A DNA stretch of 64,000 nucleotides, taken from NCBI GenBank assembly GCA_973895155.1, contig OZ316891.1, forward strand, positions 30,449,112 through 30,513,111, given 5' to 3'. Shown one piece after another: positions 49,303-63,928 of this stretch. The notes beneath the pieces were generated by a model, which was not told where the DNA came from, did no database searches, and saw only the letters and a program-made list of their open reading frames with translations. This stretch comes from Marsupella aquatica (Eukaryota; Plantae; Marchantiophyta). A program made the translations under genes and the position numbers. Every line of letters begins with the position of its first letter. Within the stretch, counting starts at the first letter, position 1.

Positions 49303-52300
49303 AGACCAATCAAATGCATCATGATCGTCCTTCAAGGACTCATTTGATCAATCAAATAAGCAACTTAACCAACTTAAGCAGCAATTCAACTGAAAGAATG
49401 GTTTTATCTCATCTGATTGATCAAAAGAGGTACCTGCATTAGAGAAGTACCTCGCCATCGAGAAGAATCTGACGGAGAGAGGACAAACTACAGATTGAAG
49501 AAGACTGAGACCGTCATGAGAGGGATACTTATGACAGGCATATACGGTGTGGTGGTCTCAATAAGCTTAATTTGTCTTAATAGTGACGATGCGCTAAAAT
49601 TCGTTGACCACATGGAATGATCAATCTTAGGAAACAAAGCAAGAATTCCGATAAAACAGATGGTTTAGCTTCTGTGATTGATCAAAGTAGTACCTGCGTT
49701 TTTAGAATGAAGTTTGAAGTGGGTAGAGAAACTCAAATTGTCATGACAGCCTACCTGATCTCCCTGTCTTGCCTGGGATAGGCAGCCAATTGTTGAGCGT
49801 GACAAGGTCTGGGAGGCAGCCTTCCTTTATCATTTCCTCATCAAGCTTTTAAGCTTCATTGGCCCGACCTACTTCGCCCGGAGAATTGATGATTCAGTTG
49901 TACAGTTGGTAACCACATCGAGGGTACCCCTGTGTTTTTTTCATTTTCTTTGTAGCACAGTAACCACCGGATACCCCTGTCAAGAGCCACGAATGCAGAG
50001 GGATCCTCGACCCTTTCGAAAAAGCTTCATCGTAACTTCAATCCGAGAATGAGCCTCCTCCGCATGACTGCGACATAAGCGGAGCGATTGTCTCACTAAA
50101 ATTATCCACAGAAAGAGAGCCTGGTTTCTCTCGCGTGTAAACCGTGAATAAGGCTCTGTGGTTCTGCAGTAGATAGTATGTCGTGGAAGGCGACGCCAAT
50201 GAGACCTCCTCGGCAGGGACCAGTATTGAAATCGTCCACTCTCTTCTCAATTTCCTCGATTCAGACGCTCTTCCCTTGCGCCTGGGGATTGAAGATTGTA
50301 ATAAGGGAGCAAATAAATTGTCAACCCTGCTGCTGTCTATGGCATGCAAAAACCCTAAACCCTATCACATCCTTCTGACGTAAGTTCAGATGGTAGTACA
50401 GCAGTAGAGCAGAGTAGAGCAATCTCAGAGTCAAAAGTGCAATTAGAGAATGTGCACTATTGCTCAATTTTAGGTTTTGCCACCAGTACACAGCTGCTCA
50501 TGAGAGCTGAGCTTGAACATGAGCACAACAAGCGCAGGAGCTGCAGCAGAGAAGAGAGGAGTGCGCTTGTTTTTCTGGTCGTCGTGCTCATTGGCACAGG
50601 GGTTGGGATCCTACAAATCCACCGTGAGCACGCGCAGGAGCGGCAAAATCTCCGCGCTGGAGTGATGAGAGATCAACAGTTGCTCGTTCTGAAACTCCAA
50701 CAACAGCAGCAGCAGCATGACCTCATCTCTGCTTGTTCCAAGTCACCGTAAAGATTGATTGGAGGGTTCATCGTTCAATTCGCACAATTCATCCATCCAT
50801 TCTTCTTTATTGATGCAAGGGACGGATCGTAATCGAACACAGGGGCTGCAAAGACTGCATTTGGGGTCACTTAAATTTCTAATCGATTCATTCTTTTGTA
50901 AGAAGAAACCATTCTTCTAGGTCCACATTGTGACCTAGTTAACAGCAATGAGAAAACGTGTTGGATCGGGGATTACGTTGGTTGTTGGGGCAGCTGGTGG
51001 TGAGGGTTGTAGGGTATTAGCGTTCACTTTATTTCTCCATCATGTGAAATTTTATACGAAGGTCGAGTTGCTGACAGCGGAAGGACTTCAGGGTATGTGA
51101 TCCCACAAGAGATACTCTTATGAAGGTCTTGGGGGACTTTTAGTGCATTATGATAACAGGCTGAAATCGACAAACATGCCACCAAATCCTCAACTGTTTT
51201 CCCATGGTTTGTGACTCCGGTGACAATCTTGCAAAAAGCATCAGCAGTCCAAAAGCTGTAACGAATTTCTGTAATATTAACTGCCCCTTCTCTGATGTAA
51301 CGTTTCCGAATAACATCTCGTTTTGCGATCCTAGGTCAGGATCTTGAATGCATTCTGATCACTCTAATTATTGTGGAAATCTCTGTCATGCTCACTAGCT
51401 TCATTCAAGGAATTCGGTCAGATTGCAATAAAACCTCGTTCCATGACGCAAAACAATTCAATTTGAATCTGTTCTGTCTTGACCATTCAACTTCTTCATA
51501 AGTCCAAAGATGAAAGGTACAAAGCGGAGGGCAGCCCAACAAGGTAACATTCGACCCAGACTGCAGAAGAGCTGATGAGCACGAATTCATCAATTCCAAT
51601 CTTGGTCGAGCAGTAAACCTTACTTGTGTTTGTGTCATGCGACCTGCCCACTGTTAAACCCCGAACTCAACAACACTTACTGTTGACAATACTGTGCACA
51701 AGTATTGGGCTATCTATGATGAGAGGCAACATGGTAGAAAAAGGTATAGAAGAGCATTCCACATGTTAAAGTGTGTTTGTTGTGGAGATGCTATGCAGCT
51801 CTTATTGGGTTGGTTTACTCTAACACTATGTTGACCAAACCAAGTAAGGTTGAACAAAAAAAGGCAACCCCAATGGATTACTGTAATACAGGGTTTTTTT
51901 ATTACTAGACCTGTATATGAGCTGTTGTGTGGCAGATTGACTTAACACAGGTTTCATTCCTGGGTTCTGCAAGATCTACCCAGGACATACGAAAAGTAGC
52001 AAAATTTGATTTTTTAACACAATCAAGTGTGCCCCTTCAATAAGCGTGTTGTAATCTGCCACTCATGGGTCCAAAACATGTAACCTGCTGCTCATGGGTC
52101 CAATGCGAGATGTGCTGAAAGGGGGCCATTTGCATTGTCACTCAGCACTAGGGTATTGCACACCTACCCAGGGTGGACCTTCCAGACAAACGAACCTCCC
52201 TCATTAGTTTATCAAGTTAATCTTGAGAAGTGAAAGCTATGATGGACACAAACACTTGACGTGATGCTGGGATGGATGTGCAAAAGTTAATCTTGAGAAG

Positions 52301-54039
52301 TGAAAGCTCAGATGCACTCAAACATTTGATGTGACTCCTGATGGACATGCGGAAATTAAATCTTGAAAAGTGAAAGCTCAGATGGACACAAACAGTTGAC
52401 ATGACACCCAGATGGACCTGTGAAAGTCAATCTTGGGAAGTGAAGGATGACCCCATATGGAGATGCCATTTGAGGTGATATCCAGATGTACATGCAAACC
52501 CTGATGGACACAAATGAAACATGTAAATTTACATGCATTGCATATGTATACTTCTATAACAAAGATGACATATAAAGATGCATTTGATCAATAATAGATA
52601 GTTTTTACAGAGGAAAGGAAGGAGCTGGGTTGCCTTTATTACCATGGATATAATCTGCTACAATTCCATATATCATGCTGCAATAAGGTTCTGGGCATAT
52701 TGTAACAGTGTAAAATTCTTGTGTTCATTCAAATAGGAGTGTCAAGTATTTGTGTCCGTCCTAGTTTCCACTTCTCCACATGCGCTCTCCTACTTGTTAT
52801 ACACTCACTTTCGAATTTCAAAACTTGGTGGCTTGCATAGAGTCTCAGTTCCCATTTTCAAGACTTGGTGGACCCAGGTCACCATAATTATTCAATAATA
52901 TTTATTCCTAACAAAATCAGAATTGACAGAAAATTGACTATTTTTCACTTCCTCTACTTCTGGGCCGATATCAGTTATAATCCATGATACACGAGGGGGG
53001 TTTGGGGCAGAGTCTACTTTAGATGCAAAATTTTGCTAGATTCCACCTCCCAACATGTTTTTGCCACTTTGGCAAAAACTTGTCAGATTATCCCATTAGC
53101 CAGTTTTCACACCTAGTGACAGACCCATTTGCCAGAATTTGACTGTTATCCTGAAATCTATGGAGATCTAGCAATCAAGAAATAATTCAGAAAAGACACA
53201 TAACAAATATTCCCAGCATCTTTTGCATTCACAGGCCAACATTTGCCACATTGGCAAAATTATCAAAACTAGCATTGTTTAGCCTAGACCTTGATGCCGA
53301 TTGCCCGCTTTTCCTGATGCCAGTATGAAGTTAAGCACTAGGTGCAAGTCTTTCTGGTCATCAGCTGCCCACAGGCTAACTGGTAGATTAGCTCTTTGGG
53401 GCTGGTAGATTAGCTCTTTGGGGCTGGTAGATTAGCTCTTTGGGGCTCGGCAGGTCTCTTATGAATCCATTCTAGTGAGAAGTGTTATTGTCATTCTTCC
53501 CACCCAAAAGTGAAATACATTCTTTCCCTAGTCACACTTACAAAAAGTGCAAGAAATGAAAAATGGTGGGCATCAGGTGAATGATCATATAATGCCCCAC
53601 TCATATAATCCGACCATGTAGGAGGGGTGTTTGTGGGCCCACTCATCTAATCCAAGTCTGGTCAAGGGCCGCACTTGGTTTAATCCAACGTGTAGGAGGG
53701 GTATTTGTGGGCCCCACTCATCTAATCCAAAGGTGGATATTTAGAGGCCCCACTTCGCTTAATTCAGGGATATAGAAGGGGTGTTTGGGGGCCCCACTGG
53801 GGAAGTCTATTTATTCACTTCATGCGTCGAAGTGAATAAATAGACTCCACCTCTCGAGTTTGGAAATCCTCTGCACAGGGCTCGAGCTCTTCGCAATTTC
53901 GTGCCACCGATGGAATTGACTCTGTTCGGACTCTGTCTCAAATCGTTTTCTGGGTGATTGACTATCACCCCACGCGATTTGTGAGCCGGCATCGCTCAAT
54001 CCGCAATCCGACTCGCAATCTCTATGCTGCTCTGTCTCG

Positions 54040-54548
54040 AGCTGATTAAATTCTGATTGCGGCGAATTCCGACACGGAGGGTTTTTCGAAGCTTGTCTGC
54101 GGACATTTCACTGTAAGAGCTTGACCCTCAGTTTCTCTGTTTCTCTGTTGCTCTGTCTCCAGCTGATGAGTTTCTCGTTGCGGCGAATTCCGACACGGAG
54201 GGCTTCTTCTACTCTTGAGCGGAAATTCCATTCGAAGAGCTTGAGTCTCAGCTGATTTGTTTCTGGTTGCGGCGAATTCCGATACGGACAATTTTCGACT
54301 TTTGAGCGGACATGTCATTCGAAGAGCTTGATTCTCAGCTGATGAGTTTCTCGTTGCGGCGAATTCCGACACGGAGGACTTCTGCGAGTCTCGAGCGGGC
54401 ATTTCACTCGAAGAGCTTGATTCTCAGCTGATTAGTTTCTGATTGCAGCGAATTCCGACACGGAGGGTTTTGTGGACGCTTGAGCGGACATTTCACTTGA
54501 ACAGCTGATTAGTTTCTGGTTGCGGGCGAATTCCGGCACGAATTCCGG
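54040..54548. repeat. Degenerate tandem repeat, ~6 units of ~75-120 bp
   Basis: TTGCGGCGAATTCCGACACGGAGG and GAAGAGCTTGA...TCAGCTGAT recur. Confidence 0.85.
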
Positions 54549-54574
54549 ACTCTCGTGTGCTATGCCTCTATTTT

Positions 54575-54575
<1 letters not shown>

Positions 54576-54642
<67 letters not shown>
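54576..54642. repeat. (CT)n microsatellite upstream of anthranilate synthase
   Basis: Uninterrupted CT dinucleotide run. Confidence 0.98.
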
Positions 54643-54647
<5 letters not shown>

Positions 54648-55284
54648 TGAATTCGGAGAGGCTTTTGGATTTGTTCGCCGCTGTCTCTCGTCGGAGCGGA
54701 GTTGGTGGTGGACTCCGAATTCTCTGTGCCACCATTTCTGCCGGCAGATTGCAATTTGAAAAGAGTTTAAGAGTTGATTTCACTGTGTGCCTGCCTCATT
54801 GTCACCCGCTCTCTCTACTTGGACGCCGTGGTCCGGTGAATCAACCACGGAATTGCTGCATTGGTTTACACACTTCGACGGTATTTTAAATACTGCATCT
54901 TCTTGACTCGACGGCATTGGCTCCCTCCCGCCTCTTGCGGGGAATTGTCAAGGGATTTTGTTATCTTGCTCTCGAGTTCGTATAAGGCCCAGAGATAATT
55001 CGGAGATGGGTTTGTTTGTCGCGCTCTTTTTTTTCGCTCTCATTACTTAGCCATTCAGTCGAGGAGATCATTTGGATTCTTCTCTCGAGGTCTCATCTAC
55101 TCATTCAGCCGAGTAAATTTCGCCGCCGTCTTGGGAGAAGGGGTTTTGTGTGCCGTTGGTGTGTGCTAAATAGTGCAAGGGAGAGATTTAGCAAGGGAGA
55201 GACTGGCTGCTTAACATTTCCTGCTTTCGTTCCCGTCCAGGAGGAATTGTTCGATTAACGTATCAAATCATCGTCAGAGGCGCA

Positions 55285-58200
55285 ATGAGTTTACAGGCAG
55301 CTCCCTTCGTCTTGGAAGGAATGGCAACCGCAGCAGCAGGAGGTCGTGTTGCAGCTCCTAATGCTGCAGCTGCTGTGGATGGAGTTCGTTGCTGCGTTAG
55401 CTGCCCGACGTCGAGAGTGGCTGTCTCTGAAGCAGCCAGAATTTTTGTTATGGCGGAGGAGCCGTCTCTGTCACGTCGCAGCCGACCTGCTACGAGCATT
55501 GGACGTGTGAAACTCGCCAAAATTCAGAAGCCAGGGGACCGTCAAGCCGCCGTGGCGTGCTCGGCTCTGCGCACAGTGCCCGGGTCAGCTCCAGTGGATG
55601 CTCCGGAGTCGTCCCCCGGTAAGCTCTCTTCTCGTCCCAATTCCGTTGTTCCGCCCGTTTGGCCTGGAAGCCTTGCAGTTTGAATCATTAGTTTCATTAA
55701 TTGTCTCCCCTTAAGCCAACTTGAATTTCTCGACCTTTTCAATCCAATTAGCATGTGTGGTCATTGCCTTCCCGTCTTCTTGGCCTTTGAATCTAATTAC
55801 CGGAGCTGCTCACTTTTTCTTTGCTGTCTCTATTTCTGATGCGAAGATCGAATTCAATTCATGGAGGCGGCGCAGAAGGGGAGTCTGATACCTGTTTTCA
55901 AGCGCATATTTTCGGATCAGCTCACTCCAGTGCTGGCTTACCGATGCCTTGTGAAGGAGGATGAGCGAGACGCCCCCAGCTTTCTCTTCGAGTCAATTGA
56001 ACACGGAGAGATCTCGAGCCGTACGGTATGTCAAGCAATATGTCGTGGTAATGGCATTCAGCAATGACAGAGGCCACATTCTGACCTTCTCACCATTTTT
56101 TGTGCAGTTTCCTCTGAATGTTCTGCTCTAAGTTTGAAATGCTGCTTTTGTGACGATCGATCGCAGGGGCGATTCAGCATGCTCGGAGCTCAGCCGGCCA
56201 TGGAGATCATTGCTAAGGAGAACAGCCTCACGGTTCTGAATCACGAGGAGTGTTCACGAGAAGAGAAGATAGTGGAGGACCCAATGAGTGCACCGGAAGA
56301 GATTACCTCCAAGTGGAAGCCTGTTAAAGTGGAGGGACTTCCCGATGTGTTTTGTGGTATGTCACACCTGTCTGTTTTTTTTACTTTGTCCTTGGTTTTG
56401 TAGAAGCTCCATACTTAGAACCATGATATGACGTAAGTGAACAGTGAATCGAGTCTCGTAAAGTTCTGCGAGGGGACTGATGTCAGTCCTGCAGTGATTT
56501 GTGTTGAGGGGGCTCGCTAGAATCCCGTTTGAAGTGATTCGGATCGGAGAATTAACCCACGTCAAAATTTTGATGCAGGTGGTTGGGTAGGCTACTTTTC
56601 GTATGATACAATGAGATATGTTGAGAGGAAAAAGCTGCCATTCAGCGGTGCACCAGAAGACGACAGAGGCTTACCTGATATTCACTTGGGACTATACACT
56701 GACGTTATTGTATTTGATCACGTCTCTAAGGTATCTTCTGTCGCTTTGTTTAGAGATTGTCTTGGTTGGAGCCAGACGTTCATTGGTCGTTCCTTCTGTG
56801 TAGACTTGGAATACTCCTGCTTGAGAGGTTACTGAATATTGTTTGCTTGATCCCAATTCCACCGCAATGATCCTAGATGTGAGGCCTACATCCTGTGGGA
56901 GCTATGTAGCCTTATAGCTTATCTGCTCAATCCTGTGTCACCAGCTTCATGTATAGCCCGGGTGGATTACCCCAACAATGCTGTGATTTGTACATGTCTA
57001 TAGCTCAGACGCATCCGGTCCTTCTCCGTTTGTCCTTGAATAGATCTGCCATATGAGCCATCCAAATGTTAGCAGGAGATTTGATGGGAAGATTCAGAAG
57101 TAGACTCTTTCCAAATCGACTTATTGACTGAAGTCCTGAAATGTACAGCTTGTGTACATTGTCCACTGGGTGCAACTGGACCAATTTGAGACTCCAGCAG
57201 CTGCGTACAGTGATGGGAAGCGCCAACTTGACCTTTTAGTGGATCGTCTGCAAAACTCTGAAGAGTTTGTGTTCTCACTTTTCTTAGAATTATATTCTAT
57301 CACCACATACTGCGAAAAACTTGTTATGAATGCTCAGCCACTGCCGTCAAGCAGTGAACTCAACCGGCCCCGTATTAGACATTATTGTCGCGGTTCCTGC
57401 GGGTCTTCCAATGAGTACTTCAGTGGTGGGGTCCTGTAGTGAAAGAGGGGTGTGTGGGCTATGTTGCAGGGTGAGACTTCTTGCAGGGACTGTGGATCTT
57501 AAGCTCGGACAATACTCGGAACCAAGTCAGGTCTCCAACATGACAGAGGACGAGTACAAAGCCAAGATAATGGAAGCCAAGGAGCACATTCTGGCCGGAG
57601 ACATTTTCCAGATTGTACTAAGCCAGCGGTTTGAGCGCCGCACATTTGCAGACCCGTTTGAAGTTTATCGTGCATTGAGGGTGGTCAATCCGAGTCCTTA
57701 CATGATATTTTTGCAGGTTTGCCTCTCAACAATCACCATTAAGAGAAGAATGTACAGTAAGATTAGTGTCTGATATTAACTAGGTTTATTTGCAGTCACT
57801 GTGAATTTGGGAATGAGAACGCTCACCAGTTTGACGAATGGATACCCTCGCCTTCTTCATTCACTTCTTCATCAACTCTTAAAACAAAGCTAAATTAGAA
57901 CAGTTTGTCCTGCAATTTTTGGAATGTGTTTCTTTGCAACCAATGCCAGACATCAGTCCGACTCGATTAAATTTGGAAGAGGCTGGAAGTATTGGTCGTA
58001 GTTCGTCTCATATCTGATCATGCTGGAATGTAATCGGGGCTAATGATGTGGTGGTCAATCTTTGGGCTTTACAGTCACGTGGGTCGATTATGGTTGGTGC
58101 AAGTCCTGAAATCCTGGCGCGCATACAGAAGGTGCTTGACAAGTACCGTCCCCGTTTTTCTAGTCTTTTAATTTTGTTTCCTTGGTATATTTCTCCTTCA

Positions 58201-59643
58201 TGTATCGCATAGATTTCCCGTATCTTCGAAATTTCTGTGACATCGTTTCATTGTGATATTTCAGGGAAAGGTTGTAAACAGGCCCCTTGCTGGAACGAGG
58301 AGGAGAGGCAAAACTCCTGAAGATGATAAACTCTTAGAAGAGGGACTCCGGAAGGATGAGAAGGAGGTGGCAGAGCATGTGATGTTGGTGGACCTTGGAC
58401 GGAATGATGTTGGGAAGGTAAGCTAATTCACAGCTAATCCTCTACTGGGCAGTTTAGAAGTTTGTAAAATGTTCTATATTCCTTTCAAATCTGACCTAGG
58501 TTGAGTCTTCAAGCCAGTCATATTGTTTGATGTACTTTATCACCATCAGAAGTTGCATTAGTAAAAACTTAACTTGTGTCTTGACAAGGATTTTCGTAAC
58601 ACTAAGTTTCTGGATCTGACTTGTTTATTGCTGTGAAGGTTTCAAAGTCAGGATCAGTGGTTGTCGAGAAACTAATGGATGTTGAGCGCTACTCACATGT
58701 CATGCACTTAAGCTCCACTGTAAGGCCTAAGTTTTGATTCTAAATCCCAACCCATGCAATCAACTTCGGTTTAGCTTACTCCACATACTACAAGATGTCC
58801 GGGATTGGGTGTGCAAGGTGTTTTTCAATCAGGATTTGAGAAGTAAATGTATCCTCTATGTGTCTCTTTACTGCATGGCATGATTTTGCTTCCTATCGTC
58901 ATCTTCAGAATGTTGTTTTAACTGTTGTACGAAGTCCTTTTCACGTCACAGTTACTTTGTCCAACCAACAGTTCAGCATTTCCGGTGGTGATTTCTGGAC
59001 TCCAGTTCACTTGCTCGTTCTGGGTTTGCAGGTGACAGGTGATCTTCTCGACGATATGACAAGCTGGGATGCACTCCGTGCTGCGTTACCAGTTGGAACT
59101 GTCAGTGGAGCACCGAAAGTGAGCTGAGCTGATCCTTTTCATTTCCTTATACCTGAATGAACTGCAGAAGTAGTTATTTGATAGTTCCGTATTCACATGA
59201 TTGCCCAAATTTCTAAGCCTACCCCAATGTTGAGAAGGAACGAAATGAGAGTGTTGCATCACACATTATGGGTCAACGATAGTTTTAAAGTATTGTTCAA
59301 CTTCTTTTTTGAATTACAGGTTAGGGCCATGCAACTCATAGACGAATTGGAACCGACACGACGAGGGCCCTATAGCGGTGGTATTGGACATGTCTCCTTT
59401 ACAGGTGACATGGACATTGCTCTGGCACTAAGGACAATGGTGTTCCCTACTTTTGATCGATACAATACCATGTATTCCTACAGGAATGCAAATAGTAGGC
59501 GCGAGTGGCAAGTATATTTGCAAGCTGGAGCAGGAGTAGTTGCTGATAGTGATCCTGCATCGGAACATCAGGAGTGCATAAACAAGGCTGCAGGGCTATC
59601 CCGTGCAATTGACCTGGCAGAAGCTGCTTTTGTGCAACAATGA
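55285..59643 (+). CDS. ASA1: Anthranilate synthase alpha subunit (component I), plastid-targeted, ~11 exons
   Basis: [92 protein letters not shown] and [10 protein letters not shown]; GT-AG junctions (exons ~55285-55618, 55847-56025, 56167-56356, 56579-56730 ... 59320-59643). Confidence 0.96.
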
Positions 59644-60323
59644 AGCTGGAGTGAAGTTGTAACAGGTAGCCGTACTGGATGTAGAGGTCAATACGCATCG
59701 TTAGCACAGATGTCGAAATCATGACATTTTCTAAACCCGGTAGCAATCACCCATATGGGAAATTTTGAGCCCCGATACATTTTCGGTGCAATTAAGCTAG
59801 ACCAGTTAGTTTGATGGTAGCCAATCTTCTGAAAGCCCGCTTGTTCAATTGTGGTGACTTATGATTGGACTATCACATCGGACATGCAAATGTAAAAAAG
59901 ACAGTTCTGAAAGTATTAGCATTTTCCCGATTTCATCTCGGAGGACACGATTTTGTTTTTATCACGACCAATAACGATGGCAGTCGAGAAACAATGGCCA
60001 CTGCAGAAAGTCTCCATTTCAAACGTGCATTTTTCAATCATGACGACATGCATTTAAGTAAAAACGTTCCCATTCATACAAAGGGTATTTTTAGCATCCC
60101 ATCCGAGCTCAAAGGTTTGGATAAAGATACCATTGGAGGTTATGCCTCGACCAAAGAAACAAAGAAAACGTCCAGAGGTGAAGAGGAAGATGAAGAACGA
60201 AAAATGAAAAATGAAAAGCTCTGCTTCTCTTCCTCAATTCAGAAATCGAACCATCAATTGCATGGCCCGTTGGACCCAATTTTATTCACTGTCCCACGAA
60301 GCACCAACAATAGAATTATTCCA

Positions 60324-63300
60324 ATGGTGACGATGGTCCAGCACGATCCAAGCGCCTTCGATCTCCTTGTTTGCTGCCCGTCGCCACTCTCCCGCTCACA
60401 GGTTCGCATTGTAGCGTCTCGACAACAACCTGCGTTCCTTGTTCATCGATCTGCTTCGAGTTTTTTAATTCGCCTTTGCATTCACTGGCCTTTCGGTTAA
60501 TTGATTACTGATTGATTGATTAATTCTTTGGTTGAGTCAATGTCGTCTGGATTTATGTCGGTGTTCTCATTGAGCTCCCCTGTTTCTTTCTTCGTTTGCC
60601 TCTGCTTTTTCTTCATTTCCTTCCTTGCGTTGTTTTCTTGCCTGGGGTATCTCTCATTATTTGGCTGAACTCCGGAACCTGTGTCTGGCTGATTTGAAAG
60701 GTATTTTAAAAGATCTACCGTGCTAAGAGACAATGGCATTCGTGAGAGAGAATGAGTGAAAGGATTTGGATTTTGGCCGTTGTAGGGAGTGGGAATTCCA
60801 ACTTCAGTGATAAAACTCTTCTAGTATATGATCCTAATCGCAAGAGCAAGCAGCAGTCAATAATGTTCTTCGTTGGCAGCAACTTGCTAACTGATGGTAA
60901 GTTGAAGGCACTCACTTTGGACCATGTTTGATGGATGTTCCAGGTTCATGTGGACTTCAGCCCAGTCTATGATCGGCAGCCGCATCCAGACGGACAGCTG
61001 GAGCAGACGATTGACAAGGTAATACGGTGGCATTTAATACTAGTTCCTTTGCCTCCTCTCGTTGATATTTGCATCTCGTTTAAGTCAATGCGAGCAATTC
61101 TTTTCATTTACCATCACTTCCTTGATCACCCGTTTTACCGTGTGAAATTGGAATCATCTTGTTGAAGGTTTGGAAGCAGCGGATTGCTGCTCAACCATCG
61201 CTTTTTAGTGCCTCTAAGTTCAGAGTAAGTGAATTCACACGACATTTCGATTCTTGGGTAGACTCTCCGCAACGATGCCCGTTTCTGGTCAAGGATTGCA
61301 GATCAGTCTGGTACATTAGGTGGTGCCCTTTGTGTCTCACATGCAGGTGGATTTCGATAGAATGCACAATGTTTCCTTAAGCTTGCATTTATTAATCCGC
61401 TCCTCACAAAATAGAAGACCTTAAAGTGAAGCAAGGGGATGGGAGGTAACTCAACCCTTGCAGAAATCATAAGCTTCAACTTACAAGAGAGAACTACTAA
61501 ACTCATATCGAAGTAAGGGGAAGGGGATGGGGTTTGAAATATTTTACGGGCGCTGCCGAAAATTATTTAAAGAACGCTCAGTAGGTGCATTTGCTTAAGC
61601 TTATGACAGACGGAAGTCTCTTCCTTGCCTAATTGCCGCAGGAACCCCAGTGCAGCTTAACACGTTAGATTAATTCCATCTCGAGTGCCAATCGATCCTC
61701 AATTGACGTGTTCTGTAGCTATATCAGGACACCGGAATCACTGCTTCAGTTCTATCCTATAGTTCAGTTTAGATATACTGAAATTTAGTCCTTAGTTGTC
61801 AAGAGCTTGACTGTGATTGAGGCATCCATGTCTAAGAAGGCTCTAGTTTGAATCCCAAGTTGTCAAAGGCTTGACTGTGATAGAGTCATGAAGATCTAAA
61901 CCGGCCGTTCGAATCCTAAATTTTCAAGACTTCGCTGTGATGAAGTCGTGGATATCTAAATTTGTTGTGTTGGACTGTTGTTTGCGATTCTCTATACGAA
62001 TAAGTATGGAGGTTTCGAAATCATAGCTCAAGAGGGAGCCGGGGACAAAATGAACGTGGTCCTTCGGCTGGGCCTCACCGACTACAAGTAAGAATCAGGG
62101 CTTCCATTGCAGTACCTTCAATTGGTTAGACCTTCGGAATTCAAATCAGGTAGAACGCACCTGTTTTATTCTTAAATCCTGTTTGGCTATTACACTTGAG
62201 AGACGCTAAATCCTAAACCAAGTGGCACACGTGAACTTGTGAAGGACTTTCATTGGGACGAATTTGAGTCCTGAATGGGAAAAATTTGCGGCGTCGGAAA
62301 CAGGTATGTTGGATCTTTCGTTTGAAGAAGAAATATCGTTGTGTGATGAAAGGTCTTCCGAATAACAGCGATTTTGGTTGACTAGATGATGCGGGCAGAT
62401 GCAAGTACACAGCAGATCCCCTTGGCAATGGGGCTATAGTAGAAACCACGGATCGTAAAATTTTGATCTTGCAGCGCAGTATGGATGTGGGCGAATTTCC
62501 AGGGTACATAGTGTTTCCAGGAGGGCATTCAGAGGTATTGATGTCTACTGCATTTTCAGTAACCAGTGCTCATTTGGCTACTTCACTGCAAATGCATCGA
62601 TTAATCCTGCTGACTGATATTGGATTGTGGGGTATATTTTACACAGCCAGAGGAGTTGGGTATCAATTCTCACTCAGTAAGCGAAACGCCCACCACCAGA
62701 ACAGAGTTGAACAATAGAATTGCACAGGAAATGTTTGATGGCATCATACGTGAAATTGTCGAAGAAACGGGAGTTCCTCCCACTACCTTAGTTTGTAACC
62801 AACCCCATTCCACTGTCTATTATTTGTCACTTGTTCTGATCTGTTGAAACCATCCTCTGCTTATAACAATCAGATTTGGCAGACACCATTGCTTGATTTG
62901 GTTTATTCTATGGCAGTCGAGACTCATTCGGAACCAACCGCTTTTATTTCAAATAATCTGACATTCGGAATGGCCTTCAGAGTGATCCCGTCTTCATTGG
63001 GGTATCTCGTCGAAAACAAAATGTTCGGCCGACTGCATTTTTCCACGCGAAATGCTCGCTAACATCTGCAGAGGTGATGGAGGTGTACAGGCACGCTGAG
63101 CACTCCTTTGAGTCAACCGTGCTCCTGAGCTGCTCGCCAGTGAGTGGAAATTAGGACCCTCTTACTATCTTCTGTACATACTTCATCTCGTAGATGGGTT
63201 CCTTCTTTGCCGACTTTTAAAAGCAGTCTTTGAGCTGACAAAACGTAATTTCTCAGTTGACCATTTGGCCGTAGGATGAATTGCTGGAAGCTGCTGGGAC

Positions 63301-63385
63301 TAACATGCCGGGTTGTCATCATGGAGGAGCGGTGCTGTACCAAATGATGCGTAAAGAATCGACCGGTTCCTCAACCAGTTATTGA
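60324..63385 (+). CDS. NUDT9: Nudix hydrolase, AtNUDX9 / NUDT22-like, ~9 exons
   Basis: FDLLVCCPSPLSRSQ|VHVDFSPVYDRQPHPD, VWKQR...LFSASKFR, LGLTDY, DPLGNGAIVET, VGEFPGYIVFPGGHSE, EMFDGIIREIVEETG and MPGCHHGG. Confidence 0.92.
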
Positions 63386-63674
63386 TTAGTGAAACATTTC
63401 CGAAGCAAGCTCGTTCTCGTCACCCGACACCAACCAATTTAGCGTGCGTCGTGCACCACGGGGATATGACATGCTTAGCTCTACACCACAGGGGTTGTTA
63501 GTGTCCTTCGCGGATGCCCCACTACCACAATTGTGTAGCATCTCGGACTGGTGTGTGTGAACATCATGCACATGAATGTGGAAGAAATTGTCTGATACAC
63601 ATGAACTTGACGCAAGGGGACTGGAGGTGAAACTACTCCTGAGATTTTTCGCATGGCAGACTTGACCTATTATT

Positions 63675-63928
63675 TCACTCGTTCATTGCATTCTTAAATG
63701 TCCATCGATCCTCTCCTCGCTTTCGGAGTTTCTTCCTCCTCCGCAGGTCCGCTCGACTAGTCGGCTCGGGCTGGTCGCTACGACGGACGGGGCGGTTCAA
63801 TGAGGTGCAGTGCCTGTTGCGCGGCCGATCGACGCGGAATGGCCACTTCTCTCCTCTCGTCTTTTGTGTGTCGTCCTCTCCTGGATCTCCGCGCGGGGTG
63901 GTGGGTTTTCTTTCGATCCTGCGACCTC
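63675..63928 (-). CDS. Probable terminal exon of a minus-strand gene that continues beyond the window
   Basis: Open basic-rich frame preceded by an acceptor-like CCTGTGTAG; no recognisable domain. Confidence 0.3.

Noticed and set aside
940-51930. Inverted similarity between ~940-1065 and ~51850-51930 as ends of one huge element
   Set aside because: Matches are short and diverged with no TSD; better explained as dispersed repeat fragments.
34412-59643. Biosynthetic cluster of BAHD plus anthranilate synthase (anthranilate amides)
   Set aside because: The genes are ~20 kb apart across TE debris, ASA is a primary-metabolism gene, and there is no evidence for BAHD substrate or co-expression.
59865-60500. 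211-aa ORF as an independent gene
   Set aside because: Only its DLLVCCPSPLSRSQ part is protein-like, and that is exon 1 of the Nudix gene; the rest is upstream sequence and intron.
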